Position numbers and translations under genes: made by a program. From a virus (lineage: Duplodnaviria > Caudoviricetes), in the IMG/VR virus record IMGVR_UViG_3300030376_002826, positions 1 through 25,151 of that record: a stretch of 25,151 bases of DNA; one strand, given 5' to 3'. Positions within the stretch are counted from its first letter, which is position 1, and each line of letters opens with the position of its first letter. Below are positions 7,003 to 16,532 of the stretch, piece after piece. The notes beneath the pieces are model-generated. The model was not told where the DNA came from. It did not search any database and saw nothing but the letters and a program-made list of their open reading frames with translations.

Positions 7003-9531
7003 ATGACTTATACCAGTCCTAGATATACTAACTGGACAGCAGGAGAGTTGAGCGACAGGCTTGATGGTAGAACTGATTTAACCAGATACTTTAATGGAGC
7101 TAAATCCTTAGAGAACTTTCTTGTATATCCTGCTGGCGGTGCGGCTAGGAGACCGGGTACAAAATTTATTCATGAGGTAAAAGTAAGTGCGAATGCAGCA
7201 CGACTAATACCTTTTGAATTTAACACCACAACTGCCAATACGTATGTATTAGAGTTTGGGAATAACTATTTTAGAGTATATCAAGATGGTGGTATTGTAA
7301 CAGAAACAGGGAAAACTATTTCTGGAGCAACAAAAGCTAATCCTGTTGTGATTACAGCAACTTCACATGGATTTAGTGATGGCGATCATGTGATTATTGG
7401 CAGCGTTGCAGGTATGGTAGAACTCAATGGAGTTACAGGAATAGTTGCTAACAAAACAACAAACACTTTTGAACTCACAGATGTTGATGGTACAAACATT
7501 AACAGTTCTGCATTTACAACGTATACCTCTGGAGGTACAGCTAGCAAAATAGTAGAAGTAACAACAACCTATACAACAGCACAACTACCAGAACTTAAAT
7601 TTACACAGTCTGCGGATGTAATGTACATAACCCATAGTTCTCATCCTGTTAGAAAAATATCAAGGACAAGTAACACAGATTGGACAATTACAGATGTTAC
7701 GTTTATTAATGGGCCGTACTTAGATGAGAATGCTACCACTACCACCCTCACTCCTAACGGAAGAAGTGGTAGTATTACTCTTACTGCATCAAGCAGCACT
7801 TTTGTTTCTACAGATGTAGGAAGATTGGTAAAAATATATAATGGTTACGCAAAGATAACAGCGTTTACTTCTGCAACTGTGGTTGCTGCAACTGTGCAAA
7901 CAGATGAGCTTGGAGTAGCAGAGATACTACCAACGTATGCAAGTAACACGATTAGTTTTGTAGAAGGCGATCCTAGCGGTACAGGGTCATCACACAATGA
8001 TTTTATACGAGATAGTAATAAACAATTTGTAGAAGAAGGTTTTACAGAAGGAATGATTATTACTGCAAGTGGTGCATCAAACAGCGGCAATAATAAAGAT
8101 TATGAAATTGTAAAAGTAACAAGCGATGAAATAACCTTAGTGCCAGTTGATGATGTAGTTGCAGAAAGTGCAAGTAACACCATTACACTTGTTGGAAAGT
8201 TAAATGCTACCGATGAGTTTTCTTTAGGAGCCTTCTCAGAGACTACAGGGTTTCCAAGAGCCTGTGCTTTCTATGAACAGCGTTTAGTGTTTGCTGGTAC
8301 AACAAATCAACCACAAGCATTGTTCTTTAGTGTTGCAGGTGATTTTGAAAACATGACTGAAAGCGATACCGATAGTTCTGCTATGAACTATACCATCGGA
8401 AGTAATCAGGTAAACAGAATATTGTATCTTGCTTCTGCAAGAAGTATGGTTGTAGGAACAACTGGTGGTGAGTTTGTGGTGCGAGCATCAGGAACAGACG
8501 AGCCTATTACTCCTACCAATATACAGATCAAACAGCAAGCAACGTATGGAAGTGCAGATGTACAACCAGTACAAGCAGGTTCCTATACTTTGTTTGTGCA
8601 GCGAGCAAAAAGAAAATTACGAGAGTTAGGTTATGTGTATGATACAGATGCGTACCAAGCTGTTGACCTAACTATTCTTGCAGATCACGTTACAGAAAAT
8701 GGTTTAGTAGAACTTGCATATCAACAAGAACCTTTTTCTTTAGTATGGGCAACTACAGGAGATGGTAGATTAATTGGTATGACGTATAGAAGAGAAGAAC
8801 AAGTTGTTGCATGGCATCAACATAAATTAGGAGGTTCTTTTACAACAGGTGGCGTTACAACAAATCATGGTGTCGTAGAAAACATTGCTGTGATACCGGG
8901 GGAACTTAATCAAGATAATTTATACATGGTTGTAAAAAGAACTATTAATGGTGCAACCAGAAGATACGTAGAGATATTGTCCGATATTGATTTTGGAACA
9001 GATATACAGGATGCTATTTTTGTTGATAGCAGTTTAACATATTCAGGATCTAGCACATCCAGTTTATCAGGGCTAGATCATTTAGAGGGACAAACTGTTT
9101 CTATTTTAGAAGAGGGAGCAGCTCATCCAGACAAAACAGTTTCAAGCGGAAGTATAGCAACCGATAGAGCAACCACGAAAGCTCAAGTAGGGCTAGGATA
9201 TACTTCTACGTTAAGAACTGTAAGGTTAGAATCAGGGAGTGCAAGTGGTACAGCTCAAGGCAAAATTAAAAAAATTCATAGTGTTATTGTTCGTTTTTTT
9301 CGCACTGTGGGGGCTTCTGTGGGAACTAGTACAGAAAATACAGACACCATCCCCTTCCGAGACAGTTCCGATCCAACAGACACAGCAGTACCATTATTTA
9401 CAGGAGACAAAACGATAGAAGCACAACCCTCTTGGGACACAGAAGGAAGTATTGTTGTAAAACAAACACAGCCATTACCCATGACAATTGTAGGTATTTA
9501 TCCAAGGGTAGTTGTACAAGATTTTGACTAA
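7003..9531 (+). CDS. Tail tubular protein B / nozzle (T7 gp12-like) with inserted beta domains
   Basis: NWTAGELS..L.GR.D, GGA.RRPGT, QSADV, GFPRACAFYEQRLVFAG, EEQVVAWHQH, GLDHLEGQTV, QTQPLPMTI motifs. Confidence 0.88.
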   Translation: MTYTSPRYTNWTAGELSDRLDGRTDLTRYFNGAKSLENFLVYPAGGAARRPGTKFIHEVKVSANAARLIPFEFNTTTANTYVLEFGNNYFRVYQDGGIVTETGKTISGATKANPVVITATSHGFSDGDHVIIGSVAGMVELNGVTGIVANKTTNTFELTDVDGTNINSSAFTTYTSGGTASKIVEVTTTYTTAQLPELKFTQSADVMYITHSSHPVRKISRTSNTDWTITDVTFINGPYLDENATTTTLTPNGRSGSITLTASSSTFVSTDVGRLVKIYNGYAKITAFTSATVVAATVQTDELGVAEILPTYASNTISFVEGDPSGTGSSHNDFIRDSNKQFVEEGFTEGMIITASGASNSGNNKDYEIVKVTSDEITLVPVDDVVAESASNTITLVGKLNATDEFSLGAFSETTGFPRACAFYEQRLVFAGTTNQPQALFFSVAGDFENMTESDTDSSAMNYTIGSNQVNRILYLASARSMVVGTTGGEFVVRASGTDEPITPTNIQIKQQATYGSADVQPVQAGSYTLFVQRAKRKLRELGYVYDTDAYQAVDLTILADHVTENGLVELAYQQEPFSLVWATTGDGRLIGMTYRREEQVVAWHQHKLGGSFTTGGVTTNHGVVENIAVIPGELNQDNLYMVVKRTINGATRRYVEILSDIDFGTDIQDAIFVDSSLTYSGSSTSSLSGLDHLEGQTVSILEEGAAHPDKTVSSGSIATDRATTKAQVGLGYTSTLRTVRLESGSASGTAQGKIKKIHSVIVRFFRTVGASVGTSTENTDTIPFRDSSDPTDTAVPLFTGDKTIEAQPSWDTEGSIVVKQTQPLPMTIVGIYPRVVVQDFD

Positions 9532-9962
9532 TGCGATTGATTAAGTTTATACCTGATCACGCAAGAGAGTTAGTGTTTGAAGATAAGTTATCAGTAGGCA
9601 CAATGAAGCCAGAACACGACTGGGAACAACACATGGAGCGTGCAGCACAGCACGATGCTTTTACAGGGGTAGAGAATGGACATATTATTGGTGCAGCAGG
9701 TTTTATTCCTATGTGGGATGGTGTTGCAGAATGTTGGTTTATAGGAAGCGATAGAATACAAACAAGATTAAAAACTGTTATAAAAACAACAAAAGATATT
9801 ATAGGTAAAATGCCTTACACCAGAATGCACGCTAATGTAAAAGCAGACTGGGCTGAAGCAATACGCTTTGCACAGTTTTTAGGTTTTAAAAAAGAAGGTT
9901 TAATGAAAAAGTTTGGGCCAGAAGGTGCAGACTATTTTGTAATGGGAAGGATTAAGAAATGA
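9531..9962 (+). CDS. GNAT-fold protein at the T7 gp13 (internal virion protein A) position
   Basis: IIGAAGFIPMWDGVAECW and AIRFAQFLGFKKEGLMKKFG resemble GNAT motif B; TAATG coupling to the nozzle gene. Confidence 0.65.
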   Translation: MRLIKFIPDHARELVFEDKLSVGTMKPEHDWEQHMERAAQHDAFTGVENGHIIGAAGFIPMWDGVAECWFIGSDRIQTRLKTVIKTTKDIIGKMPYTRMHANVKADWAEAIRFAQFLGFKKEGLMKKFGPEGADYFVMGRIKK

Positions 9963-10447
9963 CAATAGCTCAAGGTTTGATGGTTGCTGGAACAGCCATA
10001 ACAGTACAAGGACAACTAGCAGCAGGTAAAGCTGCAAAAGCTACAGCAGATTACAATGCTTCTTTGCAGGATAGAAATGCAAAAGCACAAGAAAGAAAAG
10101 CAGAACAGATACAACGTATCTTTGCTTTCAAAGCTCAAGAACAAGAAGAAGATTTTAAAAAGTTAAATGATCGAACACAAATGGCTTATAGAGGTTCTGG
10201 GTGGCTAGCAACTACAGGAACTCCCTTGAAAAGAGCATTAACTAATTATATAAAGTTTAAACAAGATTTAAATAATCAAGAGTACAATACAAATGTTGCT
10301 GCCTTAGAGAGAAGAGAAGCTGCTACCAATGCTAGACTTCGAGGAGAGTTAATGCGTATGGAAGGTAGAGCAAGACAAAAAGCATCTCGTTATCAAGCAG
10401 TAGGAACATTACTTAGTGGTACTGCACAAACTGCAATGATGAAATAA
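9959..10447 (+). CDS. Internal virion/ejection protein (gp14-like)
   Basis: Hydrophobic Gly/Ala N-terminus, A.YNA helical region, SG....GTPL motif; position. Confidence 0.65.
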   Translation: MTIAQGLMVAGTAITVQGQLAAGKAAKATADYNASLQDRNAKAQERKAEQIQRIFAFKAQEQEEDFKKLNDRTQMAYRGSGWLATTGTPLKRALTNYIKFKQDLNNQEYNTNVAALERREAATNARLRGELMRMEGRARQKASRYQAVGTLLSGTAQTAMMK

Positions 10448-10448
10448 C

Positions 10449-12236
10449 ATGAAAGTACCTGTATATAAAAGACAAGTAGATATGACTATGGAAACTGGAA
10501 GTCGTGATCTCACAGCAAGTTTAAACCCTAATGCTATGGCTGCACCTGCTATAGCACTAGCAGGAGTTGGCAAGCAGATCATGAGTATAGCTGGACAGAA
10601 GTATCAGTATGACCAAGCAGAGAAGAAAGTAAAAAATGAAAACGATGTAAACAATGCTTTATTGACTGGCATAGAACAAACAAAAAAGTATGAACTGCAA
10701 GCTATTGAGGAAGTTAAATCAGACCCGGTGAAAGCAGAAGAAAATTTTAGAACTAATTTACAAAAGATACTTCCTCCATTGTTATTAAAAATAAAAGATA
10801 AAAATGCTCAAGACAAGTTACGTTTTAAACTAGGAAAGTTTTTATTAGATACACAATTTGGCTTTGAAGGAAAAAACGTACAAATTAAAACTGATTTCGT
10901 AGTAAATAGAAATGAGCAACTAAATAAAAGTTTTACTACAGGAATAATGAACAAAAATCTAGATTATGATATTAGATATAATTCTTTAAAAGAAGTAGTA
11001 GATAACTATAAAAAACTTACAGCAGATGGTTTTCAAACATTAGCAGAAGAACAGCAAAGAATAAATACTTTTAAACAGAATACTATGTTAGAAATGTCAG
11101 TTGAGTTATCTAGAAGTTATAAAAATCCACAACTTATGCTTACACAACTTCTCAATCAACAAGGTAGAGATGATGTTGTTTTTGAAACAGAAGATGGGGA
11201 GCAAGATGAGTTTTTAAATGAAATGATAGATTCTTTAGATCCGGGTGAAGAAAGAAGCCTTTTTTTATCTGCACTAAATAAAAAACTTAAAGACATCATA
11301 AATATTCGAGATGATGAAAATAAAAGACAAGAAGATGATTTAAAGAAAAAAAGATTTCAATTAGAAGATGTAGTTTTTAACGATAGTTTACCTAAAGAAG
11401 AAAGGTTATCTGCACTTAGAACTTTAGAAGAAGGGTACAGCGGTTTTAGTCCTACAGATATAAGTAATACAGAATTTGAAGTTATGTACAAAGAATTAGG
11501 AATAGGAGAACAAGGAGAGGTTAGTTTTGCAGAACAAGATGATGATAGTATTAGAAAAGAATTAGATGAAAAAGCTTCAGCAGGACTGCTTGGTACTGCT
11601 GAACTCTATAGTAAAAAAAGATTTTTAACAGAAAGTTCTTTTGAAAAATTACGAACTTTAACTTTAGAAAGTTTTGAAAAAACAGATAAAGCTCTACTTG
11701 GTCTTGCAAAAGACACAATAGGTTTTGTTGCAGGAAGTGCTGCTGATGGAGATGTAATATTTGAAGCACAAAAGAATACATTTACAAATGTAGCAGAAAA
11801 ATATAAAAGATTTTTGTTAAATTGGCCTAATGATACACATGATAGTACAATAAGAATTAGAAATCCTAATAAAGATATTACTATTTCTAAATCTGATAAA
11901 CTAAGAGTTATTAATGATTTAATAAATGAAGAATATAAAGCTTTAAATGTAATATACAAGGATGAAATATATAATCAAGTAACTAATAAATTACCATTAC
12001 TAAATAAAAGTTCACCATTAATACTTCAATATATAACATCTACTTATCCTATTAATCAAATTAATAAAGATAATGCTTTCGATACCATAAAAAAAATTAG
12101 AGAGGATTTTCAAAACTTTCTTACTATACCAGACTTAACAAAAGCAAGTGAAAGTAGAACAACTTTTCAAGCAGCTAGAAGGTTTGTAGATGCTTTATTT
12201 TTGCAAGTAAGTAATATTGATAGAAAAATAAGGTAG
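10449..12236 (+). CDS. Putative internal virion/ejection protein (gp15-like position)
   Basis: 595-aa helical protein starting MKVPVY; assigned mostly by synteny. Confidence 0.5.
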   Translation: MKVPVYKRQVDMTMETGSRDLTASLNPNAMAAPAIALAGVGKQIMSIAGQKYQYDQAEKKVKNENDVNNALLTGIEQTKKYELQAIEEVKSDPVKAEENFRTNLQKILPPLLLKIKDKNAQDKLRFKLGKFLLDTQFGFEGKNVQIKTDFVVNRNEQLNKSFTTGIMNKNLDYDIRYNSLKEVVDNYKKLTADGFQTLAEEQQRINTFKQNTMLEMSVELSRSYKNPQLMLTQLLNQQGRDDVVFETEDGEQDEFLNEMIDSLDPGEERSLFLSALNKKLKDIINIRDDENKRQEDDLKKKRFQLEDVVFNDSLPKEERLSALRTLEEGYSGFSPTDISNTEFEVMYKELGIGEQGEVSFAEQDDDSIRKELDEKASAGLLGTAELYSKKRFLTESSFEKLRTLTLESFEKTDKALLGLAKDTIGFVAGSAADGDVIFEAQKNTFTNVAEKYKRFLLNWPNDTHDSTIRIRNPNKDITISKSDKLRVINDLINEEYKALNVIYKDEIYNQVTNKLPLLNKSSPLILQYITSTYPINQINKDNAFDTIKKIREDFQNFLTIPDLTKASESRTTFQAARRFVDALFLQVSNIDRKIR

Positions 12237-12240
12237 ATTT

Positions 12241-13173
12241 ATGTATAAAGATATTAATTCAGTAGATAGTTTTTTTGATAAAGAGGATGATGCTAATTTT
12301 TTTAAAGGTCTACCAAGAAAGCCAGAAAACTTTGAAAAGGTAGAAAGTTTTACAGATCGTTTCGGACAAACATATCAAGCTGGCATAATAGATAATATCG
12401 CATTTAAACTTGATGATGAGTTTCAAAAAGAAGTTGTTGAACAAGCAGAGTCAGTAGATCAAGAGACAGAAAGAACAAAAACTAGAAAAGCAGTAGACCT
12501 TGTGAAAGATACTGGGCAAGGTATAGCAACAGGCATTGAGAAAGGTGTAAGACAAATGAACCAAGCTGCTTTGAGTGTAGCTGGACTACCTGCGGATTTT
12601 GCTAATTTCACTATTAAAACTTTAACAGGAGATAAAGATTTTAAAGGGCCAATACCTAATACAGAAGATTTGAAACAAAGTTTTGAGAAAATTACAAACT
12701 GGGCTTCTAAATATTTACCAGATGTCTCTACAGATAATATAAAAAGAAACTATAGAAATGAAACCTATGGTAACATTATAGAAGGTATATCTCAGTTTAC
12801 TGCTGGAGCTGTACCTGCTGCTAAAGCAGTAGGAGTAACTAAAACTTTGTATGGTACTTTTGCTCCTTCACCTATTTTAAGAGCTATGGCATGGGGAGCT
12901 ATTGCAGATGCTACAACTTTGATGCCCCAAGATTCATTACAAAATATTATAGCTGAGTCTTTGAAATCTATACCAAAAGAAGAGAGAGGTAATGTTTCAA
13001 ATATAGTTGTTTCAGCTTTGCAAGTAAATCCTAAAAATGCTGAATTAGTAGAAAGAATACGGGGTTCTACTTCAGGAGCCTTGGTTGGTGCAGCTATAGA
13101 TAAATTTATAATACCACTTGCAAAATCAATTATTAAGGTAGCAAAAGAAGCACCTTGGGAAGAGTTAGATTAA
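12241..13173 (+). CDS. Putative internal virion protein (N-terminal-like part of a gp16-type ejection protein)
   Basis: 310 aa with Gly/Ala-rich amphipathic segments (EGISQFTAGAVP, AWGAIADA, SGALVGAA); synteny. Confidence 0.45.
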   Translation: MYKDINSVDSFFDKEDDANFFKGLPRKPENFEKVESFTDRFGQTYQAGIIDNIAFKLDDEFQKEVVEQAESVDQETERTKTRKAVDLVKDTGQGIATGIEKGVRQMNQAALSVAGLPADFANFTIKTLTGDKDFKGPIPNTEDLKQSFEKITNWASKYLPDVSTDNIKRNYRNETYGNIIEGISQFTAGAVPAAKAVGVTKTLYGTFAPSPILRAMAWGAIADATTLMPQDSLQNIIAESLKSIPKEERGNVSNIVVSALQVNPKNAELVERIRGSTSGALVGAAIDKFIIPLAKSIIKVAKEAPWEELD

Positions 13174-16100
13174 TGGCAATACGACAAACAGAAATGTTCG
13201 ATAATGTACAAGATCAAGTAGAAGCAGCATCTAGAACAGGTGGAGTTACGCAGGTAGCAAAAGACCCTACCAAAGAAAGAATACAAATTGCAGGTTTAGA
13301 TGCTCTTATAAAACCATTTTTAAGAAGCTACGCAAAAACTATAAAAAGTAGTGTGAAGGAAACACCTGAAGGTGCAGATAAAGAAGTCGCAGGTAATGTT
13401 CCTACTCCAAGACAAGAGAGAATACTAGAGGTTGAACAAGAACAACAGGTAATAAAAGCTAACGAAGAAGCAGCTAAAAAAGGAGAGCCAGTAGATTTAG
13501 AACAAGTTGATAGAAAAGATTATCAAAAGACACAAAAGTTTTTTGCAGAAAAGTTAGTTGAGAAAGGTTTACTATCTCAAGAAAGATTTGACATACTTGA
13601 GAACAATAATTTTAAAATAGAAACCAAACAACAAAAAGCAGAAAAGTTTGAAGCAAAGCAAAAAGAAGAAAAAATTTTTACAGAAGCAAGAAAAGCTGTA
13701 AAGGATGATATGGAAGGATATGATCCTGAAAAACCATACAAGCCATCCATAGATACTTTGCAAAAAGCTTCTTCTTTAGAAAAAGAATTTAGTATTCAAG
13801 AAGCTTTAAATGTTGATAAAGATGGCATACAAGTAAACTTTGATTTTGTTCAAGGTGCAGACGATGTTTTTAAAGTCAAAAATGCTTTAACAAAAATATA
13901 TGCAGATGAAATAGATAAAGTCAAAAGAGGAGTGCAGTCAGAAAAAGATACGATATATAATGCTCATAAATTATTAGGCAAAGGAAAATCAGAAGCAGAC
14001 CAACTACAAGCTGAGTTAGGTATGCAAAAAGAAATGTTTGATAAAAAGTTTTCTGATTTAAAAGATTATGAGATGGTTGCTTTGCGTATGGTATTAGAGA
14101 GAAGTACAAAGAGATTGTATGATACTCTACAAGAAATAAAAACATACAGAACAAATAATGATGGGCCAATACCACCAGAGTTAGCAATCAAGTTTCATAA
14201 GCAATTTATTATTACCGGTGCATTACAAGTAAAAAAGTTAGCTGAAGCAGCAGAAGCAGGAAGAAAACTCAGGTCTTTTAGAATACCAGTAGGAGCTAGT
14301 AACAATCCTGATTTTATGAAGAAGGTGTTAAGAGATGCTAAAGAATCTGCTGGAGATGATAAGTACACTATAAAGCTTATGAACAAACTTGATGAAGCAG
14401 CTCAGTCCGGTGGTAATGCTGCAATCAATAAGTTGACAAGATTAGGACAAGGTTATAAAAGTTGGATAAATAGAATATATGTAAACGGGTTGTTATCAGG
14501 CCCAAAAACTTTAGCAAAAAACGTACTGGGTACTCCTGTGTATGCTTTGTATCAACTACCTAGAGACCTCATAGCAGCAGGTATTTTTTCTCCTTTAGAA
14601 AGAGGAGTAAGAAATGTAGCTGGTAGACAATCATCAGAATATGGAGTTTCTTTCAACGAGATTTCTACTAGTATTTATGGAATGGTAATGGGTATTAGGA
14701 ATGCACTTGCCGCAGGTGGTGCTGCTAGAAAATCAGGAGTAGGATATGGGCCGCAAAGAGTAGACGGAGATGCTTATGGTTCTTCGCCAGTAGGAGATGA
14801 TACCTTATCTAGATTTTACGGAGCAATAGGAAAGTTTATTGATTTGCCATCTACAGGATTATTAATTACTGATGAGTTCATGAAAGCAGCAACAGAAAAT
14901 TCTGCCTTGTATAAAAGGTCTATGGAAGCATACAATGATGCTTTACATCAAGGTAAATCAGAAAAAGATGCAATCGCTGATGCTATGGAAATACATCTTG
15001 ATCCAAGAGCTTCAGCAGATTACACAGAAGAAATAGCTAATACTTACACTTTAACTACTGATCCGGGTTTTATAGGGCAAGTAACAAACAAATTCCAAAG
15101 CACTATCGCAGGTAGATTTTTAGTTCCTTTTGCAAGAGTTCCTACTAATAGTGTTTTTAGGACTTTGGAGAATACTCCTATTGGAATAGCAAGTCAAAAA
15201 ACAAGAGACGCTTTATTTAGAAGAGGCCCAAGAGAAAGACAAAGAGCTTTGGCTTCTATTACTTACGGATCTGCTGTTATGATGGGTATAGGTTCTTTAG
15301 CATTAGAGGGAAGGATTACAGGAGGTTATCCTAGTAGTAGTGTAGAAAGAAGAAAACTGCCTAATAATTGGCAACCCTACAGTATGGTATTTAGAGGAGA
15401 GGGGTTTCCTGTTGATGCAGATGGAGATGAGCTTCCTATGTACGATGAAAATGGTTTGCCAAACGGGCCATTAAATTATATTAGTTATGCTGGATTAGAG
15501 CCTGTAGGAGCGGTAATAGGAATAGCTGCACAATATATAGAGTTAGGTCGTAGAAACAATGACCCTGAGTTTCAAGGCGTATGGAATAAGTTTGCTAGTA
15601 AAACTGTATTATCTGTTGCTGATTATTTTATGGAACTTCCTATGTTACAAGGCATACAACAAGTTTTTAAATCTTTTGAATATGAAGATATCAGTTATTT
15701 AACAGATGGTATTTTAAAAAATATGATACCTTACAGTTCTTTGATACGAGCAGGAAGTACAGCTATAGACCCTGAAAGTGAAAGATACAGTCCAGAAGTT
15801 AGGGTATACACTTTGCAAGATCCAGAAGCTCAACAAAACACTAAACTAGTAGGTACTCCAAAAGGTAGTAATTTTTTTATTGATATAATGAACAGATATG
15901 AAGATTTAGCTTTTCAAAATACTAAAAAATTAGGTAAAGCTGCTTATGAAAAAACAGGTTTATCGTTACCTGATGATGGAGAAGTTTCACCTATGGAAGA
16001 AAATTTTGCACCTATATACAATGTTTATGGTGAGAAAAAATCAAGAGGTGTGCCTTTTGGTGTAAATCCTCTTGAAGCTGCAAGAAATGTATCTTTACCT

Positions 16101-16523
16101 TTTGAAATAAAAAGAGGAAGGGCATTGAAAGATTATGAAAAGGAAGCAATTAATTTAGATATGCCTTTAACTGAGGGAAGAAGAAAATATAAAACAATTT
16201 CTTTATCTAAAAGTTTGCAAGCACATTGGACAAACGTATCTAAAAATATTGCAGTAGGTTTACCAGATGAATTCAAAGGTATATCAGGTTATAGATTTCA
16301 AAGCTTTACATTTAGAGAAGCATTAGCAGAAGTAATTAAGTTACCTGCTTATCAGTTTGGTAATAACACAACTAAGAGAAATATATTTAAAGAAATAGAA
16401 AATTTTTATTATGAAGAAGGTATGGCAATCATTAGAACAAATGTAGAAGGATTTGAAAAGCCTGAAGAATTAAGATTACTAAATGAAGCTATCCTTAATA
16501 AACAAATGTTAAATACAGACTAG
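13173..16523 (+). CDS. Large internal virion/ejection protein (gp16-like)
   Basis: Start more likely the ATG at 13173 (TAATG overlap) than TTG 13155; motifs YVNGLLSGPKT, DEFMKA, FLVPFARVP.N, GRITGGYP, WQPYS, YISYAGLEP.G; lies before the tail fibre. Confidence 0.65.
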   Translation: MAIRQTEMFDNVQDQVEAASRTGGVTQVAKDPTKERIQIAGLDALIKPFLRSYAKTIKSSVKETPEGADKEVAGNVPTPRQERILEVEQEQQVIKANEEAAKKGEPVDLEQVDRKDYQKTQKFFAEKLVEKGLLSQERFDILENNNFKIETKQQKAEKFEAKQKEEKIFTEARKAVKDDMEGYDPEKPYKPSIDTLQKASSLEKEFSIQEALNVDKDGIQVNFDFVQGADDVFKVKNALTKIYADEIDKVKRGVQSEKDTIYNAHKLLGKGKSEADQLQAELGMQKEMFDKKFSDLKDYEMVALRMVLERSTKRLYDTLQEIKTYRTNNDGPIPPELAIKFHKQFIITGALQVKKLAEAAEAGRKLRSFRIPVGASNNPDFMKKVLRDAKESAGDDKYTIKLMNKLDEAAQSGGNAAINKLTRLGQGYKSWINRIYVNGLLSGPKTLAKNVLGTPVYALYQLPRDLIAAGIFSPLERGVRNVAGRQSSEYGVSFNEISTSIYGMVMGIRNALAAGGAARKSGVGYGPQRVDGDAYGSSPVGDDTLSRFYGAIGKFIDLPSTGLLITDEFMKAATENSALYKRSMEAYNDALHQGKSEKDAIADAMEIHLDPRASADYTEEIANTYTLTTDPGFIGQVTNKFQSTIAGRFLVPFARVPTNSVFRTLENTPIGIASQKTRDALFRRGPRERQRALASITYGSAVMMGIGSLALEGRITGGYPSSSVERRKLPNNWQPYSMVFRGEGFPVDADGDELPMYDENGLPNGPLNYISYAGLEPVGAVIGIAAQYIELGRRNNDPEFQGVWNKFASKTVLSVADYFMELPMLQGIQQVFKSFEYEDISYLTDGILKNMIPYSSLIRAGSTAIDPESERYSPEVRVYTLQDPEAQQNTKLVGTPKGSNFFIDIMNRYEDLAFQNTKKLGKAAYEKTGLSLPDDGEVSPMEENFAPIYNVYGEKKSRGVPFGVNPLEAARNVSLPFEIKRGRALKDYEKEAINLDMPLTEGRRKYKTISLSKSLQAHWTNVSKNIAVGLPDEFKGISGYRFQSFTFREALAEVIKLPAYQFGNNTTKRNIFKEIENFYYEEGMAIIRTNVEGFEKPEELRLLNEAILNKQMLNTD

Positions 16524-16532
16524 GAGTAACAC

